Source: Vezdaea acicularis (Eukaryota). Taken from it: a DNA stretch of 64,000 nucleotides. How positions within the stretch are numbered: the first letter of the stretch is position 1; each line of letters starts with the position of its first letter. Positions 1 to 12,462 of the stretch are shown here, piece after piece. The stretch spans positions 62,001 to 126,000 of the forward strand of contig JAPEUI010000004.1 of NCBI GenBank assembly GCA_026025075.1, written 5' to 3'. The notes beneath the pieces were generated by a model. It was not told the origin of the DNA, made no database searches, and saw nothing but the letters and a program-made list of their open reading frames with translations. Position numbers and translations under genes: made by a program.

Positions 1-3000
1 ATCCCCCCTTCCTCATCCGGTTTCTACCCATCAAGTGCGCCCGCGTGACATGGCTCCCCCCAAGCCTTCCGGATGGAGATACTCCCCTACCCCTCCCTCC
101 CCCCACTTGCGGCCGAAGCAGCGACTTGGCGGGGCGGAAAGGGTCGGGCATCGGCCGTGGCGGCCGTTGAGGGAAAGTGCGGACGGGCAAGGGCGGATAG
201 GCAGGCTCGACTTGTTGCACGGCACGAACACCGTTGACTTCCCGATTGGGCGCGTGGGGACGCAGCGGGCGCAGAAGCGGGCATCGTTCGATGTTGACAT
301 CCCTGCGCCTCTCAAGCCTCGTTTTCCCAAGGTAGCGCGGTGCCCTTCGAATCAGGAATCCGCCCGTCGCCGGACAACCGCAGGCGCGAGGGAGGCGCTT
401 GCCGCTTGCCCTTTGGCGGTCGAAGGATGCCGCGCTAACTCGAAGCGGGTTGAGTCGTTGCACGTGAAGGGCATGAAGAGGAAGCGGCGCTGCAGCAGCC
501 CCCGTCCGCCCCTCCACCGTCCTCCAACGAACATGGTGCCTGCTGCCTCCGTTCTTTCGCACGTCAATTGCGAATGCTCCAACGACGGTGCGTGATGGCA
601 TTCTGGTCTAGTGGAGGGACGCCCATCCCCTTTCCCATGCGGCGACTCGGGTCCGACAATGCATTCCGGTCTGTCGCGCGGACGAGGTCATGTCGGCATG
701 ACTCTCACAACCCACATCTCTCATGGTCCCTCCGGGTCCTGCAGCTCACCGTCGCTCACCCTCAGTGTGACCTTATCCCCCCTTCGCAAAGCCACGACGG
801 AGTGTCGAGGGCTCCATGCAATGTCCCTTCGCCGACGACTTGTCACCTCAAAGCCGGACGACGGCCGCTTCCCGTCGTTCTCGTGCCCCCACCACGAACG
901 CACGCTCGCCTGTCAGAAGGATCGACGACGAGCTGTGGCTTGCGCCGCGCGACCAGGGTTCGCGGTCTTGTCGAATACCGCCTCTCGAGATTGGTTGAGA
1001 TGAAGAAACGCAAGGTGTTGGCCGAGGCGGATTGCGGCCGACGCAGCAGACCATTTCGAACGTGAGCGACGCCTCTTGCCCCTCTGGTCGGGGTTGTCGA
1101 TCCACCGTCGTGCTGCCATTGGCTCGACCGCACCGCCATCGCCGCCAAATCTCCCAGCCTAGCACGGCTCCGATCCATGGTTGGGTTGACCTTCGTACCG
1201 TGGGACGTTGCAGCGCTGGTGACTTGACGAGGCGTCCTCTTGTCCCATTGGTGACGTGCGGTCACGAAGGGTCCACGGGGCTCCCCCTCGGACACCTGGG
1301 AGACGAGTGCAACCTCTTAAGGTCGATCTTGGCGGTTGGAAAAGAGCTTTGAAGGCCGGATGGTGACTTCGTTAGGGTCTGCACCCTCCACACAACTCCC
1401 TCACGCTGTCCACCTCCTCGCCAAGAACACCGTCCGCCACGGAAAGCGCCTCTTTTTGAAAGACCCAGGGTGAAGCGCACCAATTTGATGACTGATCCAC
1501 ATCTGCGGCCTTGCTCATCGACAAGGGGGTTTTGGAATGTTCAATCAGCCGGGGTCTGAACTCTTCGTATCTAACCCGAGGAGCCGTCAATGGATTGCCG
1601 GCCTCCAATGCGCTGTAGGGCATCTTTATCCGTGGATGCGACGAGGAGGAGCACGATGAAGCAATTGATCGCCAGGATAGACTTTGTCACCGCTGAGAGA
1701 GGGCCGATCAGCGCCATGGCTACGGACTGGCGGAAGGAATCAGGTCGGCAAAAGGTGCAGCGACGCTCGACTGCGCACGGCATGGGCTGATGAGGCCATC
1801 CAGTGGCGAGAAGGTTCAGCGCGAAAGGGCAGTGAAGAAAGACGTTGGGCGGTCGCCATTCTACAACGGTTGGCTCCCGTGCGGCCTCCGCGCAACGTTC
1901 GCTCGGACTTTATCTCCCACGGGAAGCCGAATGGCAGCAGCCCAATACGAATCAGGGAGCGGCGGCCGCGTCTTGCGCGTGCGCTAACAGCAGAAAAGCG
2001 AAGAAACAGCTGCGGTGGAGAATGGGTGAGTCGTGATGGCGTCACGCCTCCCCCGACTAGAGACTGACTCGTCGAACTGGGGCCGATCGAGGGATCGTCC
2101 GGGAGAGGGCAGCGGGCTCGCTCGACGCCGCTCGTTCGACCGGCGCTGGAGAAAGTTCCGAGGACGAGTCCCGCCCTCGCTCCCCGCCCGCCCATCTCGT
2201 GTCGTCTGAACCCTTGGCGGCACGTTTAATGCATCTCTCATGGCTTTCTCCGCTACTTTTCTTTTTTTCTCTCTCCTCCCATCCCGGGTCTTGGCTCAGG
2301 CCTCAGTGGTCGGAGACCGGGCGGGCAGGACAAGAGAAGACAGGAGAAAGCGTGCGACCACGTCAAGTCTTCGAAACGCTTCAAGTATTGGTGTGCGGCC
2401 GTGCGTCTGCAGGAGAAGGTGTGAGATCCTGCACCTTCCGGTCGAACAGGCGGCCGTGCACGCTCGCCCTCACCCGCACGATCAGACTGACCCTCGCACT
2501 TACGCATGGGGAATGGAGATGCGAAAGGCTGTCTGGTGGGATGGCGGAGAAAGATCGAAGGTCAATCGGATTTTTCGCTAGGCTCACACTGTTTGTGCGC
2601 GGTATGATCGGACGATATCCTGGGCATTTCATTTCGTTCATGGATGGGCGCCATTGTAGACTTTCTCCGGTCAAGGTGCACGCATGCTACGGCACGCCGA
2701 AGGACGAAAGCGGAGACATCCACGGGAATGCGTCTCTCAGCTCCCGCCGTCCCGCGGTTCGGTCACCTGTTGCCCACAACCTTTTCTCCCATGGTAATTT
2801 GGCTTTCTGATCTTCTCGCCTCCTGGCTTCCTGGCTTCGTGGCCTCCTGGCTCTTCACCCTCGATCGTGCAAGGACGGGGCCGCGAGCAGGGCGACGGTC
2901 GGCGTGGACTCGCCTAAACTATAATTTTTAGGTGCGCGCCGGGAGATGGCCGGCGGATGACCGGGGTTGAGGCTGGGGAGCAAGTCTGGGTCGCGGGCGA

Positions 3001-5879
3001 GGAACGGCAATGCAGCGATCTGAGCTTGCAGTCGCGCGGGGAGGGGTCTGAGATCTCAAAAGCGGCCGACGCCGATCCGCCAGCTGCCATTCCAGGCCCG
3101 GACACCGCTCTGATTCGCCGACGCGACCGCCGTGCAGGCGAGCGAGATGATCGCAAATCTCCAGCCCATGCCACCCCCCTGTCGCCCTCCCCTCGCTCTC
3201 CTCTTGGCCCGATTCTGCATCGTGCTGCACCCCATTCCGACGGGCGTCTATTGCGTGGAGGTGGCGAGAGGGCGAGAGAGCGAGAGAGCAGAGGGAGACG
3301 AGAGAGGGCGGCGGCGAAGGCGCGATGCGAATAAAAGAGTGCATCTACTGGAAAGGCCGAACGCCGACCACGGCGCCATCTCCTTACATCATCACGGAGG
3401 GGTGATAAATTTCGTCTTTAAAAGCGGCAAGTGGATTCAGGACCCGGTTACTCTCATCGCCGTCTGCCCTCTGGTCGCTACCGTCCTGTCCTTTCTCGTC
3501 GACTCGGTCTCCGACCTGTAGTCGGCCGTTGCTCGTACCAGCGCGAGAAGTGTATGTTTGCAACAGGGCGTCGAGTAGGATACGTCTCCGCTGGGAGGCT
3601 TGACGGTGCATGATCTCCGCGCGACGACGAGACGCCGCAGCGAACGCTGATCCCACCGCCGCCAGCTCGGGAATCGGGGAGCATCCATGGCCATTGGCAA
3701 CGCGCCTCCTGTCGATATCGCGTCCCCGGTCGCGCTCATCTCGGTCATCGGCAAGGATGGCTGGGATGTCTTGGATGTCTGATGCGGAAGGGGCGAGCGG
3801 GCAGCCCACGGGGCGAGAAGAGCGGAGAGCGACAGGGGAGGGGGCCTTCCTAGTGCAATATCAAATCCCCAACCAGGATGGCCGCCCAGTCCCGAGCATG
3901 GAAGTCGCCAACAGCAGAAGGAACGAGGGAGCTCCCTCGGTCAGCTGGTGGCCATCGTCTGTTCACCCGCTTGAGTGTTTCCCCCAGATATCCGATCGAC
4001 AGGACCGGCCAATTCGTTTTCAGGAAACCAGAGCAGTAAGTGATTCATTCCGGTCCAAGGAGATGCTCCGAACATGCCAGGTCACCGGTGGAGGACAACG
4101 GCCATCGATCCGGCCGACAGGTTTCAACGGGGCCGGCGGTGGTGGTACAGCATCCCACTGGCTCGCTCCGCTGCGGCAGCGAGGCAGCGGGCACGGACGC
4201 GGGCACGGCGGTGGAGAGGAGAGGAATGGGAGGAAAGTTCAGGAGCGGAACGGAAGCTACGAGATCACGCCCTCGGATCTTCGAGCGAAAGGAATGGGCC
4301 ACCTTCCGCTCGATATCGCGATTCCAGTTCGAATCAACGGGATCCGCGAATGAAGCGTCTGTTCGATCGGACCACCGACGGTACAACGGTACGCCGCTAG
4401 GACTGCGTCGCAGTGCACGTCCAAGCACCAAGTCGGACTGACGACCTCCGCGCTACGCTCCCTCTGTCGGCGGGAGTTCCGCGCGCCTCTCCGCTCGAGG
4501 GCGCGTCGGCCCTCGGCCCTCGACTCCACGACCCGGCCGTTGTGCGCCCTCGTTCTCTCGTTGCGTCGGCCGCCTTTGAGGGCAACAGGCACGATTCTCG
4601 TTGGCCGTCGCGGCCATCTGGCTTGGGCTTAGGCTCTGCACGGGCGACGCCATTGCGAAATGCAAGAAACGCCCCATGTCGACTGTCACCTCGCGATCAG
4701 TCGCACCATTCCGTTCCGGGCGCCGGTGGGCGAGCCTGTCTCGCCCTCCCCGGTCGCCGACCCACGTCGCTCGTCCCCGTCCACTCCCCGTCCTGGCCAT
4801 GACAGCGTCGCCGTCCGACGCCAGAGCCAGCGCCAAGAGCCAACCTGACGCTGTCGAACCGCCGTCGTCGTCCGACCCAGCATACCCCCCCCTCCTCCTC
4901 GCCCCTCCCCCACCACGACGAGCGCAGGCGACTCGCTAACTCGCTTCCACCCTCATTTGCACCCCCCCCCCCTGCCGCGCATCCCCCTCCCAGCAATGCG
5001 GATCGAAAGCCATAAGTCAGCCATGAGCTGGATGCGGATCCGAAGTCCTGCCCAAATGAGCTCTATGACAAAGTCCGACCTCCTTCCATGGCCCGTCCGC
5101 CGCCACTCCCTCGTCCCCATGCGAGACCCAAACCATCCTTCGCCCTCCATATCTACGACATCGCACCCACCGCTCCGCACCGCGTCCCCCCTCCACGATT
5201 CCCTCCTCGTCTGACGCCTCACAGCTGAAGTCCCCTTGGTGGCGTCTGCAACGCTCTCCTTCCGCTATTGAATTGCGCCGGTCGTGTCATTCGCGCTGCT
5301 CGTTCGAGTCGTTCGAGTTCTTCGACCTGCATCGAACAGGAAGTGGTCTTTCCAGAGTCTGTGGCGACTGGTGCCTTTCCTCTCGTTCTCCAGCACCACC
5401 TGACCCAATCCGGTCCGGTCCAAACCCACCAGGCCTGCGTTTGACCTTCCTCAGCACTTCGAGTTTCGAATTCGCACAGACGCCCCAAACGTGTGCATGA
5501 CGCTGCGGTCCCTGCTTCGTCAAGCAATCAGCGACATCCGTCCGGACACCACAGGTCAACGGTTATCGGCACCGACCTGCTCCCCTCTGCTCCCGGCCCA
5601 ACCTACTTGAGCGTCACCCTCCCCCCACCATTCCCACCACTTGCGTCGTCAGACCGAGCATGTCCGGTGGAAGCCACTAACCATCCAACCCCAACCCTCC
5701 TCGACCTTCTGTTCCCTCCGTCTTGGTCTTGATGATCGTCCTCCCCACGAGCATCCTTCTTTCTTGGTCACTCTTCTCGCTCCTCTTCTCAGTATGTTTC
5801 AGCACCGTGCGGACAGACTTCCCCCGTAGGCTAACGGTTTGCCTGAAGGTATATCGAACGCTGTATACTTCCGGACGCC

Positions 5880-6830
5880 ATGCCCCACCGGCGGGGACCC
5901 TGGGTTCCCGGAGAAGATGCCTACCTTCTCAATCTGGTACAGACCCAGGGCGCTCACAACTGGGTGCGGATCTCGCAATTGATCGGCTCCCGCTCCCCCA
6001 AGCAATGCCGTGAGAGATATCACCAGAATCTGAAGCCGACGCTCAATCATGAACCGATCTCGCCCGAGGAAGGTATCTTGATCGAACGGTTGGTTGGAGA
6101 GATGGGAAAGAGGTGGGCCGAGATTGCACGAAGGCTCAACGGACGCAGCGACAATGCGGTGAAGAACTGGTGGAACGGCGGTATGAATCGACGTCGACGG
6201 CTGGTGGGACGCCGAGGAGAGAACCCTCATCAGGCCGAATTCGACGAGAAGAAAGAGTCGCTCTCCTTTGCACGGCCAGCCACCGCATCGGCGTATGCTA
6301 GCCAGGTCCAGAGGCCGATCATAACACCACCGGCGACTAGACCGAGCGATACACCGCTGCCCTCTCCTTCAGCAGCTTCGGACGTCTCGACCGTCCCCTC
6401 TCTGGTCTCTGATACGGGGACGACTTTTTCCACCTCACCTCACGTTCCCGTCTCCCCTCTGGTCGAGCTCCCTCCGCTCATTGGCACACGAGCAGAGACG
6501 CGACGTCTTTCACTCCCCATGCTTGCTCTCGGGTCCAGTGCGTTCGTCCCCGACCAGGAGGCTCGAAGCCGACCTTATACGGCACGCCCCGTCCGTGAGC
6601 GAAAGCAGATAGAGCCGCCACGGCGGCACATGCCAGCAACGCACCATCGGCGGCAGGCGGAGACTTCAGCTCAGTCGTACCACTATCTTCGACACGCTCC
6701 GGCTGCTGAATCGCTCCCTTCGCTCGAAAGGCAACGACCACTCCCCAGTTACATGACCATCACAGCCCCTCTTCCGGTCGTCCACGAGCCGCGCGACTCG
6801 AGGATGGCCCTCTCTACCCTCCTTGAATGA
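5880..6830 (+). CDS. flbD: R2R3 Myb transcription factor, FlbD-like conidiation regulator (316 aa, no intron in CDS)
   Basis: N-terminal tandem Myb repeats: RRGPWVPGED...NWVRISQLIGSRSPKQCRERYHQNLKP...GKRWAEIARRLNGRSDNAVKNWWNG. This matches the recalled FlbD/Rca-1 family. A Ser/Pro-rich tail follows. Confidence 0.88.
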   Translation: MPHRRGPWVPGEDAYLLNLVQTQGAHNWVRISQLIGSRSPKQCRERYHQNLKPTLNHEPISPEEGILIERLVGEMGKRWAEIARRLNGRSDNAVKNWWNGGMNRRRRLVGRRGENPHQAEFDEKKESLSFARPATASAYASQVQRPIITPPATRPSDTPLPSPSAASDVSTVPSLVSDTGTTFSTSPHVPVSPLVELPPLIGTRAETRRLSLPMLALGSSAFVPDQEARSRPYTARPVRERKQIEPPRRHMPATHHRRQAETSAQSYHYLRHAPAAESLPSLERQRPLPSYMTITAPLPVVHEPRDSRMALSTLLE

Positions 6831-7618
6831 AACATGACCCTTTCCGTACGCTCTTGGTGTCCGATCTTGGTGTCCGATTTGTCTCTAGCCGCTCTCTTTG
6901 CTTAACGGTGCGATTGAAAATGACAGGATCTGATGTCTGATCGATCGTACGAGCTCCTCGGTCCTTCACAATGATGCTCGAGATCCTCTAGGCTACTCTA
7001 ACAAACTCTTACCCTTCTCCTGAGACGCCTCTGGCGGCTCATTTTATTAAAACCCTATCTGTCTTTAGCGATATACCCATTCATCTCTTGGTGCATATAT
7101 TTTCCCGGTCTGGATCTAGAAGGAACTTGGGCATCTCTGTTGGAGGCATGTGTGTGTGCGATCTGATTTGTGCATTTTCTGTTTGAGCGCATCTACTGTC
7201 CCTTCCGCATTTTACGGTTTGTGCGGGATCGATTTTCTTAATGGCAAAGTCTGGCTATGTCTAAGGGGAGGGAGGAAAATGGAACCAAGGGTCTTTTTTG
7301 GGTTTCCTGGATACTGGGCAAGGATTAGCTAGGGCGACGCTGGGGGCAGTCGTGGCTGGTGATGGTTGCGGTGGTCTCGACCTTGTACGTTAACGGCCGT
7401 GAATCTGGCAGAGTTCGGCTTTGAATATGAGATCTGTTGGATCAATCGTGGTGGTTACGCTTCCTGTACGTTGGTGCTTGCTCGCTTCACTCCAAGATAT
7501 CCCACGTAGACGTGAGCCGCGCAATAAGCTCGGTTGACCCACACAGACGACATCCTTATAGAAAGCCGGCCCTTGACACCATAATGCCATCCACGCCTTC
7601 CACACAACTCCACCCGCC

Positions 7619-9477
7619 ATGCTCTTCACGTCAACGTACCTCCAGTCCGGCACGTACCTCCTGGGCGTCTGTCTCTTCTCCATCGCCTTCCTCGTCTTCC
7701 TCAACGCGTCCGTATCGTTCGTGATCTCGGACCGTCTCGGCGTCCACCACGGCATCGGCGACGATGTCGGCACCCTGGGCTTTGCCGACGAGCTCGTCGC
7801 TATTGTCATGTGTCCCGTCTGGGGCATCCTCTCGGACCGCATTGGCGTGAGGACCGTCTGCGTTGTGGGGTATGCGTGTGTGGGGCTCGCGCTCTTCCTG
7901 TTTGTTCAGGCGAAGAATGTTTATCCGCAGTTGTTGATGGCGAGGTTGCTGTTTAGTGTGGGGGGTGCTGCGACGTATGTATTGACTTTTCGTCTTGTTG
8001 GAGCTTTCTAGCTGGCTGGGATAGGGCTTCTTGCTCCTCCGTGCTTCTTGTTGTTGAGCGCCTTTACTGATGTGGTGATGTCAACAGTACGACGATGGTC
8101 ACAGCTATACTACCCGCCATGACTGCCCCTTCGCCGCCTCCAGATGACCAGGTCAACAGACCCTCACTACATACCACAAGCCCCTCGCTCTCCTCCGAAC
8201 TCACCGTCACACCAGCCCGCCTCTCCAACTCCACGCCCCCCCTCTCCGCCGCGCCCTCCGCAAAGCCCCCCTCCGCCGCCTCCCCATCCCGCCTAGCCGG
8301 CCTCGTCGGGATCTTCACCGGCTCCGGCGCTCTCCTCGCTCTCGGCGTCTTCCTTCCCCTCCCAGCCTGGTTCTCCCAAAGACTCAACCTCTCACCGAGC
8401 CAAGCAATCGCAGACAGCTACTACGTCGTCGGCAGCATCGCCCTCCTCGTCTCCGCCGCATGCTTCCTCGGCCTCCGCCACATCACCGGCGAAGCCCACA
8501 AAAGCCTCCGTCACCTCCTACTGCCCCGCCGCACCGACGCCCCACCCCACAGACCTAAACCCTACGCCACCCTCTTCCTCTCCGCCAGCCGCCTCGCCTT
8601 TACAGACCTCAACATCGGCCTCGGCTACCTCGGCGGCGCCGTCGCCCGCGCCTCCTCCGTCGGCATCACCCTCTTCATCCCGCTGTACATCCACGCTTAC
8701 TTCATCCGCTCCGGCCTGTGTACCGGCGACCCCGCGCGCGGCACGGAAGAGATGAAGCACCAATGCCGCCGGGCTTACCTCCTGTCCGCCCAACTGACCG
8801 GGACCTCGCAGCTTGCCGCGCTTCTCTTCTCGCCCCTCGTCGGCTGGGCGAGCGATCGTTTCCGCCGCCTGAACGCCCCGCTCCTCCTCGGTGCTGCGCT
8901 CGGCGTAGGGGCGTATTCGGGTTTTGCGCTTCTGTCCTCGCCGGAGCCGACAAGCGCGAGGGGCGGCTCCCCGCTGGTGTTTGTGCTCGCGGCGCTTATT
9001 GGTCTGAGTCAGATCTCGGCGATTGTTTGTTCGTTGGGGATGATCGGGCGGGGAGTCCTTAGCAGCAAAGCTGGAGCCGCGAATGGCCAAAACCCTCCGC
9101 CTTTCGCAGATGAAGAAGAAGCGGGCACAGACGCAGCAGCAGCAGCAGCAGCAACTTCCCCGTCCCAACCAAACGGCGCAGAAACAACCGAAGTCGACCC
9201 CTTACTCCCTCCCAAACCCCTCGACGACCCCGCTGCCCCCGAGAACGAGCGAGATCGCGCACACCTCCAAGGTTCCATCGCGGGCCTGTACTCGCTCGCG
9301 GGCGGCGCGGGGATTCTGCTGCTCACCAAGCTCGGCGGCTGGCTGTTTGATCGCGTGGCAGTTGCGGCGCCGTTCTGGCTGTTGGCGGGCTTTAATGCGG
9401 TACTGCTTCTTGTGGGGTGTGCTGTGGGCGGGTGGGTGGGGGTTAGGGGGAGGATGAAGAGGAGAGTAGAAGAGTGA
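7619..9477 (+). CDS. MFS transporter (exons 7619-7974, 8088-9477)
   Basis: Many hydrophobic helices and MFS motif A twice (WGILSDRIGVR, VGWASDRFRR). Intron 7975-8087 (GTATGT...TACTGAT...CAG) joins the two ORFs in frame. Confidence 0.85.
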
Positions 9478-9979
9478 GGGGTTGCGTTTGGATATTGTAG
9501 GAAGCACGCCTCCTCGACTGAGATGGAAAAGACGCCGTGGCGGAGTGAGTGAGTGAAGCAGAGCTCCGGCCTGGTGCTGTTGAGCAGGGTACGTCCCCCC
9601 ATTTCCTCTCCTTCACCCTCTCCCCCCCTCCCCTCCACAAACACCAACCAACTCCCCCTAACCCAACCAAACCCCAAACCAAATGATGAAACCCCACCCG
9701 AAAAACTATTTTCTCAGGAAGAGCCGTATGAGGCCCACCCTCCTCCTCTCCCAACCCCCCTTTCTCCCTCCCTCTCCCGCTCTCTCGCCTACTTCCTTTT
9801 CCATGAAAAGGGGGGGGCGTATCGTCATATACCTCTCCCCTGAACTGGGATTGGGTGTGGAGATGGATGGGGAGTTGGGAAAGGAGGGGAAGGGGAGGGG
9901 GGGGGGAAGGGCAATGCTTTGATGGGGAGACTGATGTTTTGTTGGGTTTGGTCTGGTTTGGTTGTTGCACGCTCCACAG

Positions 9980-10049
9980 CTTCTCGCTTCTCGCTTCTTG
10001 CTTCTCGCTTCTTGCTTCTCGCTTCTCGCTTCTCGCTTCTCGCTTCTCG
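9980..10049. repeat. 7-bp microsatellite (CTTCTCG)n, about 10 copies
   Basis: Seen directly: cttctcgcttctcgcttcttgcttctcg... Confidence 0.9.
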
Positions 10050-10417
10050 AGCTGGGATGAGGGGGATGGGGTACTTAATCCGTCCTCCCTCTTTCTCTGC
10101 CTGCTTGCGTGTTGCAACGCCTTGAGGGGACTTCAGCTGACGATACTGTCCCGCTGGGTCTAGATCCCCCTCTCGCCTCACTCACCTCTCGTTCTCCTCT
10201 CGGTCTTCTCGCTCGTGACGGTGGGGATTGCACTTCTTAGCGGAAGAAAGAAGTCAGAAGAGAAGACAGCGAGGAGGAAATAGAGCGGGTGAAGTCGGAA
10301 AGGTCATCTACGCCTTTCTTGCTGCTGCTGCTGTTGCTGCTGTCGGGTATGGGTGTTTTCTGTGAGGTGTTTTGGCTTGGCTTGAGAGAGGTGCTCTGGG
10401 GAGGGGTTAGGATGTTG

Positions 10418-10483
10418 GGCATGGGTTTGGATATGGGATTGGATATGGGATTGGTCATGGGACTGGACATGAGTTTGGACATG
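10418..10483. repeat. Degenerate 12-bp tandem repeat, about 5.5 copies (GAYATGGGATTG-like)
   Basis: ggcatgggtttg gatatgggattg gatatgggattg gtcatgggactg gacatgagtttg gacatg. Confidence 0.7.
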
Positions 10484-10902
10484 TGACCGGCGAGGAGGAC
10501 AGTCACAGGATATTCAATCCGCGGACTAGAAACGACGAGGGAAAGAGAGATGTATGTGGGGGTAGGATAGAGACTATGCACACAATCCACACAATCCACT
10601 TTATTCCCACGATTCCCACGCCATAGATAGCGAAATCCGGAGTACATCAACGTCTTCACACCATCAGAATCCCTCTTGATATCACATCCACTGTCTTCCT
10701 ATAAGCGTGATTGACTCCGTCAAAATCCCTAGATCTTCACTTGACGAGGGCCGTGAATGCAAGTGCTTGAGGCTTCGTGATGAAAGATAGTCGGTTAGCC
10801 AGCTACCTAGCTACCCGGCCGCCGGCCCAGTAAACGTATGGTATGCGCATCACCTAGTCACACATACGCATACACACACACGCGATCCCATCTCCGCTAG
10901 AC

Positions 10903-12462
10903 CTACCCCGACTTCCCCCCCCTTCCATCCGGCGCCTCAAACGCCACCGCCGCCGCCGCCGCAGTACCATCCCTCGCGGCCAACCCAGCCGACACCCCCT
11001 GCATCCCCTGCATCCCGCCAGCCCCACGCCCTCTAGGCGCCTTAACCTCAAGCCCAGCAGCGAGAAGGTTCATACGGAGCAACTTCTGGCGGGCGGCGCG
11101 CTCGTAGCGGGTTGCGGCATCGAGGGCTTCTCTGTGAACGTCGTGGCGGAAGTTGGAAGGGAGGGAGACGAGGAGGCGGTTGTGGAGGTCGATGCGGGCG
11201 TCGAGGAGGCGGCGATGGATGAGGTCTGTGAGTTCTGCTTCGATGGAGGCGGTGGGGTCGGTAGTAGCGGGGGTTTGTTTGTCGGCAGGGGAGGGAGAGA
11301 AAGCGGCGGTGAGGCTATCGAGGGTGACGCAGCTGAAGGGGATGAAGTACTGGACGATGCTCTTCTGGCGGATAGTGGCGTACAGCTCTGGAAGGCGTTT
11401 GTGGAGGTGGATGTCGAGGAGGTAGTCGGGGCGGTAGCTGGCGAGGATGGCGAGGCAGGCCGAGTATTTCCCGGAGCAGTACAGGGTGATGGCGCGGCGG
11501 AGGTGGGGCTCGAGTTCGAGGAAGGCGCGGAAGGAGGGGGAGTCGAGGACGGTGGATTGGAGGGGGTCGCGGTCCATGGAGGCGAGGGCGCAGAGGGCGC
11601 CGTAGACGGCGACGTCGTTGGGCGTGAGGATGTCCGTGAAGTGTCCGCTCTGCAGCCGCTCGAGGTCCGTCTGGATGAAGCTGCGCGCCGCGTCGAGGTA
11701 GTTGCCGGAACACATCTGGGCGAGGCCCAGCGCGGCGTGGAGTTTGGGTTCGGAGTCCAGAGCGTCGCTTTCTTTGAGCTGCAGGTTTCGCACTTTCATC
11801 ACCGCGTTTTGCGTGCCGATCCAGTCCCCTTTCTCGATCGACAGCGTGATGAGGAGCATCGACATGGACAGAATGTGCGAGCTGTTCGTGCAGTATTCGC
11901 GCATGCGGGAGGCGCACTTGTACGCGCTGTTGAGGTCGCCAATTTGTTGATAGTGCCGCGCGAGGTCGCCGTTGCCCATGCGAATGCTCTCTTTGATCAG
12001 GTTGTTCTTGTACGAGGTGAGTTCGCTCTCGAGACGCAGAGTCTGAGCTCGGTTCTTGCTGGCTGTGTCCGTCATCCATACCGCGTCTATCAGGCTGTCG
12101 GGATCATCAGGGGCAATTTGGTGCAGGGCGCTGGTGGCGTTGTCGTATTGCTGGATATCGTGCCCCGCTCTGGCTTCCCGGACTGCGGCTTTGAGGGCAT
12201 CTTGGGCGAGGACGACAGAGGTGGTGCCGATGTGGTAGAGACGGGTGAAACGTGTACGGCCTGGGAAGTTAGCTTTCAGGCTTGAGGGGTTCATCGAAGA
12301 GCCACATACCGGTATAGTTCGAAATGTAGACGTCCAGATCAAGCTTCGGGGTTTCTGATCGATGTTAGTAGGGCCCGAAGGGGTTTGTAGATCATGTGCC
12401 TTGCCCTTGACAATCCTTTTCCGATTTTGGAAGAATTTTCTTAGATTCTCTTGAGATGCCAT
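10903..12462 (-). CDS. csn1: COP9 signalosome subunit 1 (exons 12462-12405, 12354-12310, 12260-10903)
   Basis: CSN1 motifs LESELTSYKNNLIKESIRMG, RMREYCT, NDVAVYGALCALASMDR, FLELEP and a PCI domain. Splicing two short introns restores ETPKLDLDVYISNYTGRTR. Confidence 0.92.
   Translation of the reverse strand: MASQENLRKFFQNRKRIVKGKAHDLQTPSGPTNIDQKPRSLIWTSTFRTIPVCGSSMNPSSLKANFPGRTRFTRLYHIGTTSVVLAQDALKAAVREARAGHDIQQYDNATSALHQIAPDDPDSLIDAVWMTDTASKNRAQTLRLESELTSYKNNLIKESIRMGNGDLARHYQQIGDLNSAYKCASRMREYCTNSSHILSMSMLLITLSIEKGDWIGTQNAVMKVRNLQLKESDALDSEPKLHAALGLAQMCSGNYLDAARSFIQTDLERLQSGHFTDILTPNDVAVYGALCALASMDRDPLQSTVLDSPSFRAFLELEPHLRRAITLYCSGKYSACLAILASYRPDYLLDIHLHKRLPELYATIRQKSIVQYFIPFSCVTLDSLTAAFSPSPADKQTPATTDPTASIEAELTDLIHRRLLDARIDLHNRLLVSLPSNFRHDVHREALDAATRYERAARQKLLRMNLLAAGLEVKAPRGRGAGGMQGMQGVSAGLAARDGTAAAAAVAFEAPDGRGGKSG

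Noticed and set aside
1..5500. Many overlapping 60-250 aa Arg/Pro/Gly-rich ORFs
   Set aside because: These are expected in GC-rich non-coding DNA. They show no motifs or consistent codon bias, and many use non-ATG starts.
11134..12285. 383-aa ORF on the + strand
   Set aside because: It is an antisense shadow of csn1 caused by C-ending codon bias, with no recognisable domain.
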